A stretch of DNA of 64,000 nt from Smithellaceae bacterium (GCA_963682105.1 OY821638.1:570801-634800), one strand, 5' to 3'. Positions 1-11,394 are shown, counted from the first letter of the stretch. Numbers and translations: made by a program. Notes: generated by a model not told the origin, from the letters alone.

Positions 1-56
1 TACCTGGTACAGCATCGAAGCGGAAAATTTCGAAAGCATCCACAACCACAGCGCTT

Positions 57-2159
57 ATGCCTACGTCGAAAAAGGATAGTCCGATGGCCACAAAAAAACG
101 AAATGAATTCTTTAATTTGTATTTTCAAGGCTTTATCCGCGCCGCCGTCTGCATCCCCGAAGTGAAAGTTTCCGATGTCACTTTTAATACCCGAAAGACA
201 ATAGAACTGGCCGGACAGGCGGCAAGGCAAAATGCCGTTGTGGCTGTTTTCCCCGAACTGGGTCTTTCCGCCTATACCAACGAAGATTTGTTCCACCAGC
301 ATGCTCTGCTGGAAAGTGTTGAAAAAGCACTTGCTGATATTGTTAAAGCATCTGTTAAACTGAATCTGGTTTTAGCGGTGGGGGCGCCGTTGCAGGTCGA
401 TTCCCGATTATTCAATTGCGCAGTTATCATTTACCGGGGAAAAATTCTGGGCGTCGCCGTCAAATCCTATCTTCCCAATTACCGCGAGTATTACGAAGGC
501 CGCCAATTCTCGCCTGCCCGCGAGGCCATTTCTTCAACCATTACTTTAGCAGGTCAAAAAAATATCCCCTTCGGGGCAACCCTGATTTTCAAAGCCGTCA
601 ACATTAAAAATTTTAATTTATTTTTTGAAATCTGCGAAGATCTCTGGGCGCCGATTCCGCCGTCAAGCTATGCCGCCATGGCCGGAGCAACGGTTATCGG
701 CAATCTCTCGGCATCAAATATAACCATTGGAAAATCGGAATACCGGCATCAACTGGCGGCCAACCAGTCGGCGCGGCTGATGTCCGCTTATCTTTACGCG
801 GCGGCGGGTTTTGGCGAATCGACCACTGATCTGGCCTGGGACGGCCACGCCATGATTTATGAAAACGGCAACCTCCTTTCCGAATCGGACCGCTTTGCTA
901 CCCACGCCCAGATCATTTGCGCCGACATTGACCTGGATCGTTTATCTCAGGACCGGATGCGCCTGACGACTTTCGGCCGGAATGCGGCTGACCATCATGC
1001 ACAACTGGCGGCCTTCAGCTCTATCGAATTTGAGATTGAACTCCCGAAAGGGCGCGTCTTACCGACACGCGAATTTCAGCGGTTTCCTTACATCCCGGCC
1101 GATCCGGCCAAACGAAACGAACGCTGTTACGAAGCTTATAATATTCAGGTGCAGGGCCTTGCGAAAAGGCTTTCATCTTCCGGCATACCCAATCTGGTCA
1201 TTGGTGTTTCCGGCGGTCTGGATTCGACCCATGCGCTCATCGTTGCCGCCCGGACCATGGATCTGCTGGGCAGGCCGCGTTCTCACGTCAAGGCCTACAC
1301 CATGCCGGCTTTTGCCACCACCAGCAAGACATACCGCAACGCCGTCAACCTGATGCGCGCTCTTGGTGTGGAAGACAATGAAATCGACATCAAACCCGCC
1401 TGCATGCAGATGCTCAGAGACATCGGGCATCCTTTTATCAAAGGCCAAAAGGTTTATGACATTACTTTTGAAAATGTTCAGGCGGGACAGCGCTCGGCGC
1501 ATCTCTTCCGTCTGGCGAACATGAGAAACGCCCTGGTTGTGGGGACGGGCGATTTAAGTGAACTGGCGCTGGGTTGGAGCACTTACGGGATCGGCGATCA
1601 CATGTCGCACTACAACGTCAATGCCAGCGTGCCGAAAACGCTCATACAGTATCTGATTCGCTGGGTGGCCCAGACAAACCAGTTTTCAAAAAAGGTTTCT
1701 GATATTCTTTTGAACATTCTGAACACGGAAATATCACCGGAACTGATTCCGGGGGAAGGCGATGACCAGCCGCCGCAGAAAACCGAGGACACTATCGGTC
1801 CCTATGAATTGCAGGACTTTAACAATTTCTATATTACCCGATTCGGTTACAGGCCGTCTAAAGTCGCTTTCATGGCCTGGCTGGCCTGGAGGGATAAAGC
1901 AAAAGGCTTATGGCCGGATGTGCCGTCGGAAAAGCGTCACAGTTACAGTCTCGAGGAAATTAAAAAATGGCTGTACGTTTATTTGCATCGATTCTTTAAA
2001 ACATCGCAGTATAAGCGTTCATGTGTTCCGAACAGCCCGAAGGTCGGCTCCGGCGGATCGCTTTCTCCCCGCGGCGACTGGCGCGCGCCCAGCGACGGTG
2101 AGCCCGCCGTGTGGATTGCCAACTGGGAAACCATACCGGAGAAAGAAAAAATTCGATGA
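57..2159 (+). CDS. nadE: Glutamine-dependent NAD+ synthetase, large two-domain form (CN-hydrolase glutaminase + NAD synthase)
   Basis: 700-aa ORF. The N-terminal half is nitrilase/CN-hydrolase-like ([17 protein letters not shown]). The C-terminal half has the PP-loop ATP pyrophosphatase motif GVSGGLDST. The start could also be the Met at 84. Confidence 0.9.
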   Translation: MPTSKKDSPMATKKRNEFFNLYFQGFIRAAVCIPEVKVSDVTFNTRKTIELAGQAARQNAVVAVFPELGLSAYTNEDLFHQHALLESVEKALADIVKASVKLNLVLAVGAPLQVDSRLFNCAVIIYRGKILGVAVKSYLPNYREYYEGRQFSPAREAISSTITLAGQKNIPFGATLIFKAVNIKNFNLFFEICEDLWAPIPPSSYAAMAGATVIGNLSASNITIGKSEYRHQLAANQSARLMSAYLYAAAGFGESTTDLAWDGHAMIYENGNLLSESDRFATHAQIICADIDLDRLSQDRMRLTTFGRNAADHHAQLAAFSSIEFEIELPKGRVLPTREFQRFPYIPADPAKRNERCYEAYNIQVQGLAKRLSSSGIPNLVIGVSGGLDSTHALIVAARTMDLLGRPRSHVKAYTMPAFATTSKTYRNAVNLMRALGVEDNEIDIKPACMQMLRDIGHPFIKGQKVYDITFENVQAGQRSAHLFRLANMRNALVVGTGDLSELALGWSTYGIGDHMSHYNVNASVPKTLIQYLIRWVAQTNQFSKKVSDILLNILNTEISPELIPGEGDDQPPQKTEDTIGPYELQDFNNFYITRFGYRPSKVAFMAWLAWRDKAKGLWPDVPSEKRHSYSLEEIKKWLYVYLHRFFKTSQYKRSCVPNSPKVGSGGSLSPRGDWRAPSDGEPAVWIANWETIPEKEKIR

Positions 2160-2353
2160 GACCGAGCTACAAAGATTTTGACGCCACGGAACTTTACTGC
2201 CCGCAATGCCGGCGTTCCGTGCCGGTGCGCAAAAGACTGCTGCTGGTCCTGCCCGAAGGCGAAAAGTACGATTACAGTTGTGTCTATTGCGGCGCGTCCG
2301 TGGGCGACAAACTGGTCAAGGAAAATTCCGATACAAAAATTTTGATTCGTTGA
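2156..2353 (+). CDS. Small cysteine-rich protein with two CxxC pairs (zinc-ribbon-like)
   Basis: Internal ATG at 2156 of track ORF 2111-2353 overlaps the nadE stop (ATGA overlap). The 65-aa product [20 protein letters not shown]...[10 protein letters not shown] has CPQC and CVYC. Sequence resembles the dual-CXXC small proteins seen in Desulfobacterota. Confidence 0.55.
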   Translation: MRPSYKDFDATELYCPQCRRSVPVRKRLLLVLPEGEKYDYSCVYCGASVGDKLVKENSDTKILIR

Positions 2354-2355
2354 CG

Positions 2356-2820
2356 TTATTTCTTTTTTTGAAGCGCCTGCATTAATTTCTGCGCCAGCAG
2401 TCCGCCGGATGCATCCGGCTCGGCGGACGGTGTCCCTCCATAAACCAGGCTTGTCTCCCGGCCGGATTTGCCCTCCGCCAGATGCTCCGCCAACACTTCA
2501 CGGCTGTGGACGTCTTCGTGACAATATACGCAGAGGTTCTCCCAGTTGCTGCCATCCTGGGGATTGTTGTGATGATTGCCGTCTTTGTGATGGACCGTCA
2601 GTAAATGCCGGTTGGGACCCGAAAAATCCCGCCCACAGCGCCCGCACACCAGCCCGTGCATTCGAAGAGATTTCTCCCGATAATCCTCGTCTCCCGGCGC
2701 CTTGGCTGCATTTTTCATCTCGCGCACAATATCCTCGGCTGATTTTTGCGTTCCCGCCGCCTGAGGTTTTTTGGCCACAGCCACGCGGCCCCACTTATTC
2801 GAAAAAGACATCTTCGACAT
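2356..2820 (-). CDS. HNH endonuclease family protein (YajD-like)
   Basis: 154 aa. The motif CGRCG...LTVHHKDGNHHNN...NLCVYCHEDVH is a typical HNH/YajD zinc-finger nuclease signature. Confidence 0.75.
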   Translation of the reverse strand: MSKMSFSNKWGRVAVAKKPQAAGTQKSAEDIVREMKNAAKAPGDEDYREKSLRMHGLVCGRCGRDFSGPNRHLLTVHHKDGNHHNNPQDGSNWENLCVYCHEDVHSREVLAEHLAEGKSGRETSLVYGGTPSAEPDASGGLLAQKLMQALQKKK

Positions 2821-2825
2821 GAGAC

Positions 2826-3215
2826 TTATTGTTTCCCTTTCAGGACATTCAAAAATACCCGCAATCCCCTCAGCATGGCAACTCCGTTCGTCATGATGCG
2901 GAGAACCGGCGACTTAACGGCAAAGGGCGACAGGATGGATATGCCGTTGACAACATGGTCCATAACGTTGTGAAAGCGCTCCGATGTCTCCTTATATTTT
3001 TGAACTTCTTCATTAATGGCTGTGGTGGAATTGTTTATATTCGTGGAGATGTCCTCCATGTTTTTCAATATCATCGGCAGCCGTTGATTTAAAGCCTGCA
3101 AACTGATCGTGACATCGCTTGCGGCGCGCCAGAGTTTCAAAAGAATCGGGATGCAAAACAATACCAACAAAAGCAGTGCAATCCCGAAAATCATAAGCCC
3201 GATTTCCAGATACAT
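2826..3215 (-). CDS. DUF948-type membrane-anchored protein
   Basis: 129 aa with an N-terminal TM helix followed by a coiled-coil-like segment. The adjacency to a YtxH gene is a commonly seen DUF948/YtxH pairing. Confidence 0.65.
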   Translation of the reverse strand: MYLEIGLMIFGIALLLLVLFCIPILLKLWRAASDVTISLQALNQRLPMILKNMEDISTNINNSTTAINEEVQKYKETSERFHNVMDHVVNGISILSPFAVKSPVLRIMTNGVAMLRGLRVFLNVLKGKQ

Positions 3216-3273
3216 AAAAATCTCCTGCTTAGTGCAACATGGTTTTCAAGAAAGATGGAAAAGATGCTGTCAA

Positions 3274-3660
3274 TCACGAACCCGGCGTTTTATTCTTTTC
3301 CGCCTGATACGCTTCCAGACCTGCTTCCAGGGCCTGTTTCAACCGGCCTGTTCCTTCAGCCAGTTTTCCGGCTCCGATTTTTGCAAGTTCACCGGCCTTC
3401 GCTTCAAGATCTTCAGCCTTCTGTATGGCGGCTCCTTCCGCGTCCTGAAGTTTTCGAACGGTCGCCTCGTATATGGCTTTGCTTTCTTCTCTGGCTTTAT
3501 CGTATTCCACTTTGGCTTTTGCCAGAAGGTCTTCGGTCTTTAAAGCGAGATCCTGACGGGTTTCTTTACCGCTTTTTGGTGCAAACAAAATTCCGACGGC
3601 CACGCCGATGATCCCACCGATCACCATGCCCCTTATTAAATCCCAATCACGTTCGGACAT
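3274..3660 (-). CDS. YtxH domain-containing protein
   Basis: Start taken at internal Met (MSERDWDLIRG...), which is preceded by GGAGG (reverse complement of 3667-3671). It has a Gly-rich TM helix (GGIIGVAVGILFAPKSGKETR) and then an Ala/Glu/Lys-rich helical region. Confidence 0.75.
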   Translation of the reverse strand: MSERDWDLIRGMVIGGIIGVAVGILFAPKSGKETRQDLALKTEDLLAKAKVEYDKAREESKAIYEATVRKLQDAEGAAIQKAEDLEAKAGELAKIGAGKLAEGTGRLKQALEAGLEAYQAEKNKTPGS

Positions 3661-3734
3661 TGATGTACCTCCTTTTTTTTCTAATTCTACCATATTTTCG
3701 AGAAATTGACTATCTTCATCATCCGGCTTAAGAC

Positions 3735-3777
3735 AAAAAAAACCGGGCAACCTGTATCAGTGTATAGGTTGCCCGGC
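3735..3777 (-). terminator. Rho-independent terminator downstream of the PA-rich lipoprotein gene
   Basis: On the minus strand the stem CCGGGCAACCT / AGGTTGCCCGG (3743-3753 pairing with 3766-3776) is followed by a U8 run (A-run at 3735-3742 on the plus strand). Confidence 0.65.
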
Positions 3778-3801
3778 TTCATAATCCTGCAATTGATTAT
3801 G

Positions 3802-4035
3802 TTATTTCTGGGCCGGTGCAGGGGCCGGAGCAGCGGGTGCCGCCGGAGCGTCAGCCGGAGCAGCGGGTGCCGCCGGAGCGTCAGCCGGAGCAGCAGGTGC
3901 CGCCGGAGCCGCCGGTGCTGCAGGAGCTTCAACTTTCGGAGCTTCCTGTTTGGGAGCTTCTTTACAGCCGATTGCCGCGATGGACAAAGAAGCCAACATA
4001 AGCACGCTAACAAAAATGGCTAATACCTTCTTCAT
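3802..4035 (-). CDS. Small Pro/Ala-repeat putative lipoprotein
   Basis: Start at MKKVLAIFVSVLMLASLSIAAIGC with GGAGG upstream. It has a signal peptide with a lipobox-like AIGC, and the mature part is almost entirely (A/P)-rich repeats (APAAPAAPAD). Confidence 0.65.
   Translation of the reverse strand: MKKVLAIFVSVLMLASLSIAAIGCKEAPKQEAPKVEAPAAPAAPAAPAAPADAPAAPAAPADAPAAPAAPAPAPAQK
3824..3910. repeat. 30-bp tandem repeat, about 2.9 units (GCCGGAGCAGCGGGTGCCGCCGGAGCGTCA)
   Basis: Units at 3824-3853 and 3854-3883 are identical, and a third partial unit at 3884-3910 has one visible substitution. The repeat lies inside the lipoprotein CDS and encodes the DAPAAPAAPA decapeptide repeats. Confidence 0.85.
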
Positions 4036-4173
4036 TAGAGCATCTCCTCCTTTCAAAAATTTAGTGTTTGAAAACACTGGTCTTCGATGGGGAACAATAC
4101 GCCTTTTTTTTACCTTGTCAAGAGATATTTAAACATATATAAGTGAGAAAAATGGTTATTCAAGGAAGCGCAA

Positions 4174-5835
4174 ATGATACTTGGCATCGACGTAGGCGGG
4201 ACCCATACGGACGCTGTTTTGGTTGAGAACCTCCAATTAATCAACAAAGCCAAGGTTCTGACGGATCAAAACAACATCATGGCATCGTTGCTGGAAGCGG
4301 CAACAGCACTGATTTCCGACGATAATATCGGCAAAATTGAAAGGATTGTTCTGAGCACGACGATCTCTACCAATGCCATTGTTCAGAACAAGATCAATCG
4401 CGTGGCAATGGTTTTATTTTGCGGGCCAGGGCTGTCTCCTTCCGCTCTGAATCCGGGCAGGGACGCTTTCTTTGCCCAGGGATACGTTAATCATCGCGGT
4501 ATCCCCATAAAAAACATTGACGCCCGCGAGATGGAATACATCAGCAACGAACTGTCTGAAAAATCCATCCACCATCTCGGCATTGTCGGAAAGTTTTCCA
4601 GCCGCAACCCCCAGCAGGAGCTGGATGCAGCCGGATTGCTGCAAAACGATTCCCGGAAAATTTCGATGGGGCATACCCTGTCCGGACAACTGAACTTTCC
4701 CCGCCGCGTGGCCACAACGTATCTCAACGCGGCTATTTCCGACATTTATTCCGGCTTCGCCAGAGACGTTGAAAATTTTGTAGCCCGCCTCGGCGCCAAG
4801 GTTCCCGTTTACATTCTTAAAGCGGACGGCGGCACCATTCTGATGGAAAAATCCATCGGATGTCCCGTTCAAACCATTCATTCCGGTCCCGCCGCCGGCA
4901 TCATGGGTGTTCTAGCCACGGCGCGCATTACGGAAGATGCTGTGGCGCTCGACATCGGCGGCACCACAACCGACATTTCCGTTTTTGCCGACGGCGTTCC
5001 GCTTCTGGACCCTTCCGGCGTAACCATCGACGGGAGAAAGACTCTGATCCGGGGCTTGCATACCAAATCCATCGGCGTGGGCGGCGACAGCGTCGTTAAA
5101 ATTGAAAACGGAAATCTTTGTGTCGGGCCGCAACGCGAAGGCGCGGCCGCAGCGCTCGGCGGGTCTTTTCCGACGCCTACCGACGCCATGATTGTATGCG
5201 GCATCGTCAATCTCGGCGATAAACAAAAGGCTAAAGATGCCATGGCGACGCTAGCCAAAAAACTGGACATGACTGTCGATGAAACCGCACTGGCCGTGGT
5301 TGAAAAAACTGCCTCGCTCATTGCCGGCAACGTCCGGCAGATGCTGACCGAAATCAACAACAAACCGGTTTACACCATCCATGAGCTTCTGGAGGGAAAA
5401 ATCATTGTGCCCAAAATGCTCTACGTGGTGGGCGGGCCTGCAGCTCTGGCGCCTTACATCGCCAAAGAGTTGGATTACCCTTGTACGATTCCCGAACATT
5501 CGGAAGTGTCCAATGCCCTCGGCGTTGCTTTGGCCAGAACAACCGCAGAAATTACGATTCACGCCGATACGGAGAAAAAAGAATTGATCCTTTCCGAAGA
5601 GGGACAGGTTCAATCCATTTCCGGACATTTCACTCTCAACGACGCCATCGAAGTCGGGAAGAGAGCGCTGAGGGATAAAGCGGTTCAAATGGGCGCACAG
5701 CCGGAAGATATTGTTATGGAAGTGACGGAATCACAGCAATTCAACATGATTCGAAACTTTTATACAACGGGGAAGAATATCCGCGTTAAAGTTCAAATCA
5801 AGCCCGGGTTAATTTCTTCCGGCACAATGAGGTAG
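4174..5835 (+). CDS. Hydantoinase/oxoprolinase family protein (hydantoinase A-like, ASKHA fold)
   Basis: 553 aa. It has the N-terminal ILGIDVGGTHTD phosphate-binding motif and a second ALDIGGTTTDIS motif, which are typical of Hydantoinase_A/HyuA-like proteins. Confidence 0.8.
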   Translation: MILGIDVGGTHTDAVLVENLQLINKAKVLTDQNNIMASLLEAATALISDDNIGKIERIVLSTTISTNAIVQNKINRVAMVLFCGPGLSPSALNPGRDAFFAQGYVNHRGIPIKNIDAREMEYISNELSEKSIHHLGIVGKFSSRNPQQELDAAGLLQNDSRKISMGHTLSGQLNFPRRVATTYLNAAISDIYSGFARDVENFVARLGAKVPVYILKADGGTILMEKSIGCPVQTIHSGPAAGIMGVLATARITEDAVALDIGGTTTDISVFADGVPLLDPSGVTIDGRKTLIRGLHTKSIGVGGDSVVKIENGNLCVGPQREGAAAALGGSFPTPTDAMIVCGIVNLGDKQKAKDAMATLAKKLDMTVDETALAVVEKTASLIAGNVRQMLTEINNKPVYTIHELLEGKIIVPKMLYVVGGPAALAPYIAKELDYPCTIPEHSEVSNALGVALARTTAEITIHADTEKKELILSEEGQVQSISGHFTLNDAIEVGKRALRDKAVQMGAQPEDIVMEVTESQQFNMIRNFYTTGKNIRVKVQIKPGLISSGTMR

Positions 5836-5843
5836 GAGAAGAA

Positions 5844-7154
5844 ATGTCTAAGAAAGAGAAGAAAACCGGATTGATTTTTTTCCCGGCATTTGACTGGGCG
5901 ATCACCGAAGACCACCCCGAACGGGAAGAGCGTCTGCTTTATACACAGGATCAGGTTTTTGAAGAAGGCCTTCTGGATTTTCCCAATATTGTGGAATACA
6001 AACCGGGAATAGCCACTTATGCCGACATCAACCGTTGCCACATTTGCGTTCCCAACGCCCAGCACCTGACGACGAATTCTCATTTGATTTCCGCCGGAGG
6101 CGCAATCACTGCCGCCCAGAAAGTTTTGACGGGCGAAGTGGACAACGCCTTTGCACTGGTGCGTCCGCCCGGTCACCATTCCATGCTGGTCGCCCACGGT
6201 GCGCGCGGTTTCTGCAATATCAATATTGAAGCCGTGATGATTGAATACATCCGCCATAAATTCGGCGTCAAACGCATTGCCGTTGTGGATACGGATTGCC
6301 ATCACGGAGACGGCACACAGGATATCTACTGGAATGATCCGGATGTTTTATGCATCTCCATCCATCAGGACGGCCGGACGCTTTATCCCGGCACGGGATT
6401 CATCGACGATTTCGGCGGCCCGAATGCACTGGGCGCAACGATCAACATTCCACTGCCGCCACGAACATCGGACGAAGGTTTCCTTTTTGCTCTGGATAAC
6501 GCCATTCTTCCGATCCTGGACGAATTCAAGCCCCAGATCATCATTAATTCGGCCGGACAGGACAATCATTACAGCGACCCGATTACCAATATGAATTTCA
6601 GCGCTCAGGGATACGCGCTTTTAAATGAAAAACTCGCGCCTCACATCGCCGTGCTGGAAGGAGGCTATTCGATTGAAAAGGCCCTCCCCTATGTGAATGT
6701 CGGCATTATTTTAGCCATGGCCGGCCTGGATTACAGCCAGGTGCAGGAGCCGGATTACGACGCCCGGCGCATCCGCCAGTCGCCGGAGATCACCCGTCTG
6801 GTTGAAAATGAAGTCAAAAACGTCATGACGCTGTGGAAGAAGAAAAAGAATTTGAAAAAGCAAATCACGGGATCTGCGTCGTTTATCCGCCGTGAAAAGG
6901 ACATTTACTACGACACGGATGAGATCATGGAAAAACAGATTGAAACGGTCCGCATCTGCGACGACTGCGGCGGTCTGGTGATGATTGATTCTGTGGCCGA
7001 CACCGGCAAAAAAATATTCGCCGTGATTCTGCCCAATACCTGCTGCCCGGAATGCCGGAAAAACGGCGAAGCTTATTTCGACCGCATCAACGGTTCGCAG
7101 TATAACAACGTTTATTTTCAGGACAGGGAACGGGACATCTTTATCGTCAAATAA
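5844..7154 (+). CDS. Histone deacetylase/acetoin-utilisation family protein (arginase-deacetylase fold) with Cys-rich C-terminal extension
   Basis: 436 aa with RPPGHH, DTDCHHGDGTQDIY and EGGY motifs. The C-terminal ~70 aa carries CDDCGG...CCPEC. Confidence 0.8.
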   Translation: MSKKEKKTGLIFFPAFDWAITEDHPEREERLLYTQDQVFEEGLLDFPNIVEYKPGIATYADINRCHICVPNAQHLTTNSHLISAGGAITAAQKVLTGEVDNAFALVRPPGHHSMLVAHGARGFCNINIEAVMIEYIRHKFGVKRIAVVDTDCHHGDGTQDIYWNDPDVLCISIHQDGRTLYPGTGFIDDFGGPNALGATINIPLPPRTSDEGFLFALDNAILPILDEFKPQIIINSAGQDNHYSDPITNMNFSAQGYALLNEKLAPHIAVLEGGYSIEKALPYVNVGIILAMAGLDYSQVQEPDYDARRIRQSPEITRLVENEVKNVMTLWKKKKNLKKQITGSASFIRREKDIYYDTDEIMEKQIETVRICDDCGGLVMIDSVADTGKKIFAVILPNTCCPECRKNGEAYFDRINGSQYNNVYFQDRERDIFIVK

Positions 7155-7159
7155 TGCCG

Positions 7160-8098
7160 TTAATCCACGCGCGCCTGCCCGCCCGGTTCAGGCTTTTGCA
7201 GCCAGGTCACGGCGACGATCGAAAGAAGAATCAGCAGTCCTCCTGAAGCGATGCGCAGGGTCAAATCTTCGCTGAAAATCAGCATCCCCAGCACAACGGC
7301 ATAAAGAATGCGGGACGTGGAAACCAGTCCGCCGGCCCGTGCTGAAATGTATTTGTAACCATATGTGATGCAGACCTGCCCCAGCACTCCCATGGCGGCC
7401 GACGCCCCGAGCAACAGCCATTGACCGCCTTCGGGCCAGACAAACACCGGCAGCATCGCCAGACCGTTGATCACCGTCCCGATCGACATTAAATAAAAAA
7501 GAATAACCGCCGTGGAATCGTTTTTACGCGCCATGTTCAGCGTGATGATGGCAAACGCCGCAACGATGCCGGACAACAATCCGAAAATATCTCCTTTGTT
7601 GATCGAACTCCACTGAGGATTAATCACCAGCCAGATGCCCAAAAGCGCACCGATCAGAACCAGGTACATCCGGAATGATATCTTCTCCGACCGGAAAAAA
7701 AGCGGCGAAAAGAGAAAAATGAAAAACGGATAGGTCATGTTGAGCATATGTGTGTTGGTAATCGTTGTATACTGAGAGGCCAGAAAAAAAAGAATGACGG
7801 CAATGGTATTGAGCACACCTCGCCAGATCAGCAGAGATACTTTATTCGGCACAAGGGATATGGAATTTTTATAAACCGTTATCGAGATCACGATCAGCCC
7901 CAGAAAAAAACGACCGAAGGTGACTTCCAGGGCCGATACGCCGGAGGTATTGGTCAACTGCTTGGAAAAAATAGTCGATATCGTAAAACAAAATTCCGAA
8001 AGGAGGATAAAAACAATGCCTCTGTATATGGGATTTACAATGGACATGGTCAAACTATAAGTAAAATCCGTCCGCTGTGTCAAGGACCTTATATACAA
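7160..8098 (-). CDS. DMT superfamily (EamA-like) transporter
   Basis: About 10 predicted TM helices arranged as two EamA-like halves. The start may instead be Met18 (8047). Confidence 0.72.
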   Translation of the reverse strand: MYIRSLTQRTDFTYSLTMSIVNPIYRGIVFILLSEFCFTISTIFSKQLTNTSGVSALEVTFGRFFLGLIVISITVYKNSISLVPNKVSLLIWRGVLNTIAVILFFLASQYTTITNTHMLNMTYPFFIFLFSPLFFRSEKISFRMYLVLIGALLGIWLVINPQWSSINKGDIFGLLSGIVAAFAIITLNMARKNDSTAVILFYLMSIGTVINGLAMLPVFVWPEGGQWLLLGASAAMGVLGQVCITYGYKYISARAGGLVSTSRILYAVVLGMLIFSEDLTLRIASGGLLILLSIVAVTWLQKPEPGGQARVD

Positions 8099-8183
8099 AC
8101 CTCAGTCGCCGTAAGACTTTCATTGTCAGCTTCGGGGGATTGTGCTAGTACCAGCGCGATTTGATGATAAAGGATAATTCATA

Positions 8184-8990
8184 ATGGAAGATCATTCCAT
8201 CAAGGCAGCACAGCAGGAATTACAGGAACTCATCGAACTGATCAGACGACTGCGCGCGCCTGACGGCTGCCCGTGGGACCGTAAACAATCCAAACAGGAT
8301 ATGGCCAAATATCTGCTGGATGAGGCCTATGAAGTGTACGACGCGCTGGCCGATAATGATCTGCCGCATATTCAGGAAGAACTCGGCGACCTGTTGTTTC
8401 TGATTCTGTTCGTCGCGGAAATAGCCGCTGAATCAGGGGAATTTTCGCTGGCCGACGCCATGAAATCCATCAAAGAAAAGATGATCCGCCGACATCCCCA
8501 TGTCTTCGGCGATGTAAAAGTCAATTCCGTCCAGGACATCAAAGACAACTGGCAGGAAATAAAAAAGATGGAGCGCGCCGGAGAGGAAGAAGAGAAAAAC
8601 ATTTTCAGCAATATTCCCCGCTCGCTGCCCGCGCTGAAAAGGGCCCAGAAAATTACCGACGCCGCATCCCGTTACGGCTTTGACTGGCAGGAGACAGACA
8701 ACGTTTTGGCAAAATTAAAAGAAGAAATGGATGAACTGACTCAGGCGCGACAACTCAACAACGCCAGCAAAATTGAAGAAGAAATGGGCGATATTTTATT
8801 CACCCTGGTGAATTTAAGCCGCTTCATCCATGTGGATGCCGAAACGGCGCTTTCCGGCACAATCGACAAGTTTTTGCGGCGTTTCTCCTACATCACCCGG
8901 AAGCTTTCAGGTCGCGGTCAAACACTGGAAGGCGCGTCACTTGATGAAATGGACGCGCTGTGGAATGAAGCAAAAGAAAAGAGGTTATAA
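8184..8990 (+). CDS. mazG: Nucleoside triphosphate pyrophosphohydrolase MazG
   Basis: 268 aa with two tandem MazG domains (CPWDRKQ..., EELGDLLF and EEMGDILF EExxD motifs). Confidence 0.87.
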   Translation: MEDHSIKAAQQELQELIELIRRLRAPDGCPWDRKQSKQDMAKYLLDEAYEVYDALADNDLPHIQEELGDLLFLILFVAEIAAESGEFSLADAMKSIKEKMIRRHPHVFGDVKVNSVQDIKDNWQEIKKMERAGEEEEKNIFSNIPRSLPALKRAQKITDAASRYGFDWQETDNVLAKLKEEMDELTQARQLNNASKIEEEMGDILFTLVNLSRFIHVDAETALSGTIDKFLRRFSYITRKLSGRGQTLEGASLDEMDALWNEAKEKRL

Positions 8991-8993
8991 CAC

Positions 8994-9185
8994 GTGGAAT
9001 ATTTTCTTTGCGTGATCGCGATGGTTTTTATTATTGAGGGCCTGCCCTATCTTGTTTTCCCGGAAAAATTAAAGATTTATCTTGCCAGAATAATAACCCT
9101 GCCGGATTCCACCCTCAGATGGATCGGCCTTTCCGCCGTTGTCACCGGACTGATCCTGCTTTATATCGGACGGCGTGTTATTTGA
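8994..9185 (+). CDS. DUF2065-like small membrane protein
   Basis: GTG start 4 nt after the mazG stop. 63 aa with two TM helices (IIEGLPYLVFPEKLK motif). Confidence 0.5.
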   Translation: MEYFLCVIAMVFIIEGLPYLVFPEKLKIYLARIITLPDSTLRWIGLSAVVTGLILLYIGRRVI

Positions 9186-9246
9186 TTGACAGACGCCTTT
9201 TATTCTGATTATTTGCCCCAGATTTTTCACTTTTAACAGGTATGGC

Positions 9247-10287
9247 ATGAAGTTAAAGGATTTTTCATATTCTCTGCCCGAAGAACTCATCGCGCAAAAC
9301 CCTCGTCCGCAAAGGGATGCCTCGCGCATGATGTTCCTGGACCGAAATCATCAGGCCATCCGGGACAGCCTTTTTTCCTCGCTTGCGGAATTTCTCCAAA
9401 AAGGCGACGTCTTGGTCATCAATGACTCACGGGTCATTCCGGCCCGCATTTACGGCCGGAAAGCAACCGGCGCCATTGTGGAGATTCTGCTTTTATCCCG
9501 CCGTGAGATTCAGGGAACGGCCGAAACATGGGAAGTCCTGGCCCGCCCCGGCAAAAGAATCAATGAAGGCGATGCCATCGATCTCGGGCATGGCTGCGCC
9601 GCAAACGTTTTAACCAGGCTCACCGACAAAAAATGGCTGATGACGTTTTCCGCAGCAGGAGGTTTTGACCGGTACCTGGAACAGTACGGGCGGGCTCCCC
9701 TGCCCCCTTACATTAAACGTAAAAAGAGTGTCGAACCGGATTCGACGGACGATCGTGAACGTTATCAGACGATTTACGCCAGAGCCGCCGGCTCCATTGC
9801 CGCTCCAACTGCCGGCCTGCATTTTTCACCAACCATCCTGGATGATCTTGAAGCCAGAGGAATCGTCATTGCGCCTATCACATTGCATGTCGGCATCGGC
9901 ACTTTTCTGCCGATAGAATCCGAAACCGTTGAAGATCATATGATGGAAACGGAGTATTTCGACATCAGCGCCGCGTCCGCAGAAAAAATCAACAACGCCC
10001 GCCGCGTCATTGCCGTAGGCACAACATCCACCCGGACACTCGAATCGGTTGCCGATAAAGACGGATATATCGCGCCTCAATCCGGTGAAACCCGTCTTTT
10101 TATTTATCCCGGCTATTCGTTTAGAAGAGTCAACGGGCTTCTGACCAACTTTCATCTGCCGGAGTCTTCGCTGTTTTTGCTGGTCTGCGCTTTTGCCGGA
10201 ACGGATTTCATCAAAAAGGCATATGCCCGCGCCGTAGACAACCGTTATTACTTTTACAGTTTCGGCGACTGCATGCTGATTTTATAG
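9247..10287 (+). CDS. queA: S-adenosylmethionine:tRNA ribosyltransferase-isomerase
   Basis: 346 aa starting MKLKDFSYSLPEELIAQNPR, with LPPYI and TNFHLPESSL motifs characteristic of QueA. Confidence 0.93.
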   Translation: MKLKDFSYSLPEELIAQNPRPQRDASRMMFLDRNHQAIRDSLFSSLAEFLQKGDVLVINDSRVIPARIYGRKATGAIVEILLLSRREIQGTAETWEVLARPGKRINEGDAIDLGHGCAANVLTRLTDKKWLMTFSAAGGFDRYLEQYGRAPLPPYIKRKKSVEPDSTDDRERYQTIYARAAGSIAAPTAGLHFSPTILDDLEARGIVIAPITLHVGIGTFLPIESETVEDHMMETEYFDISAASAEKINNARRVIAVGTTSTRTLESVADKDGYIAPQSGETRLFIYPGYSFRRVNGLLTNFHLPESSLFLLVCAFAGTDFIKKAYARAVDNRYYFYSFGDCMLIL

Positions 10288-11394
<1,107 letters not shown>

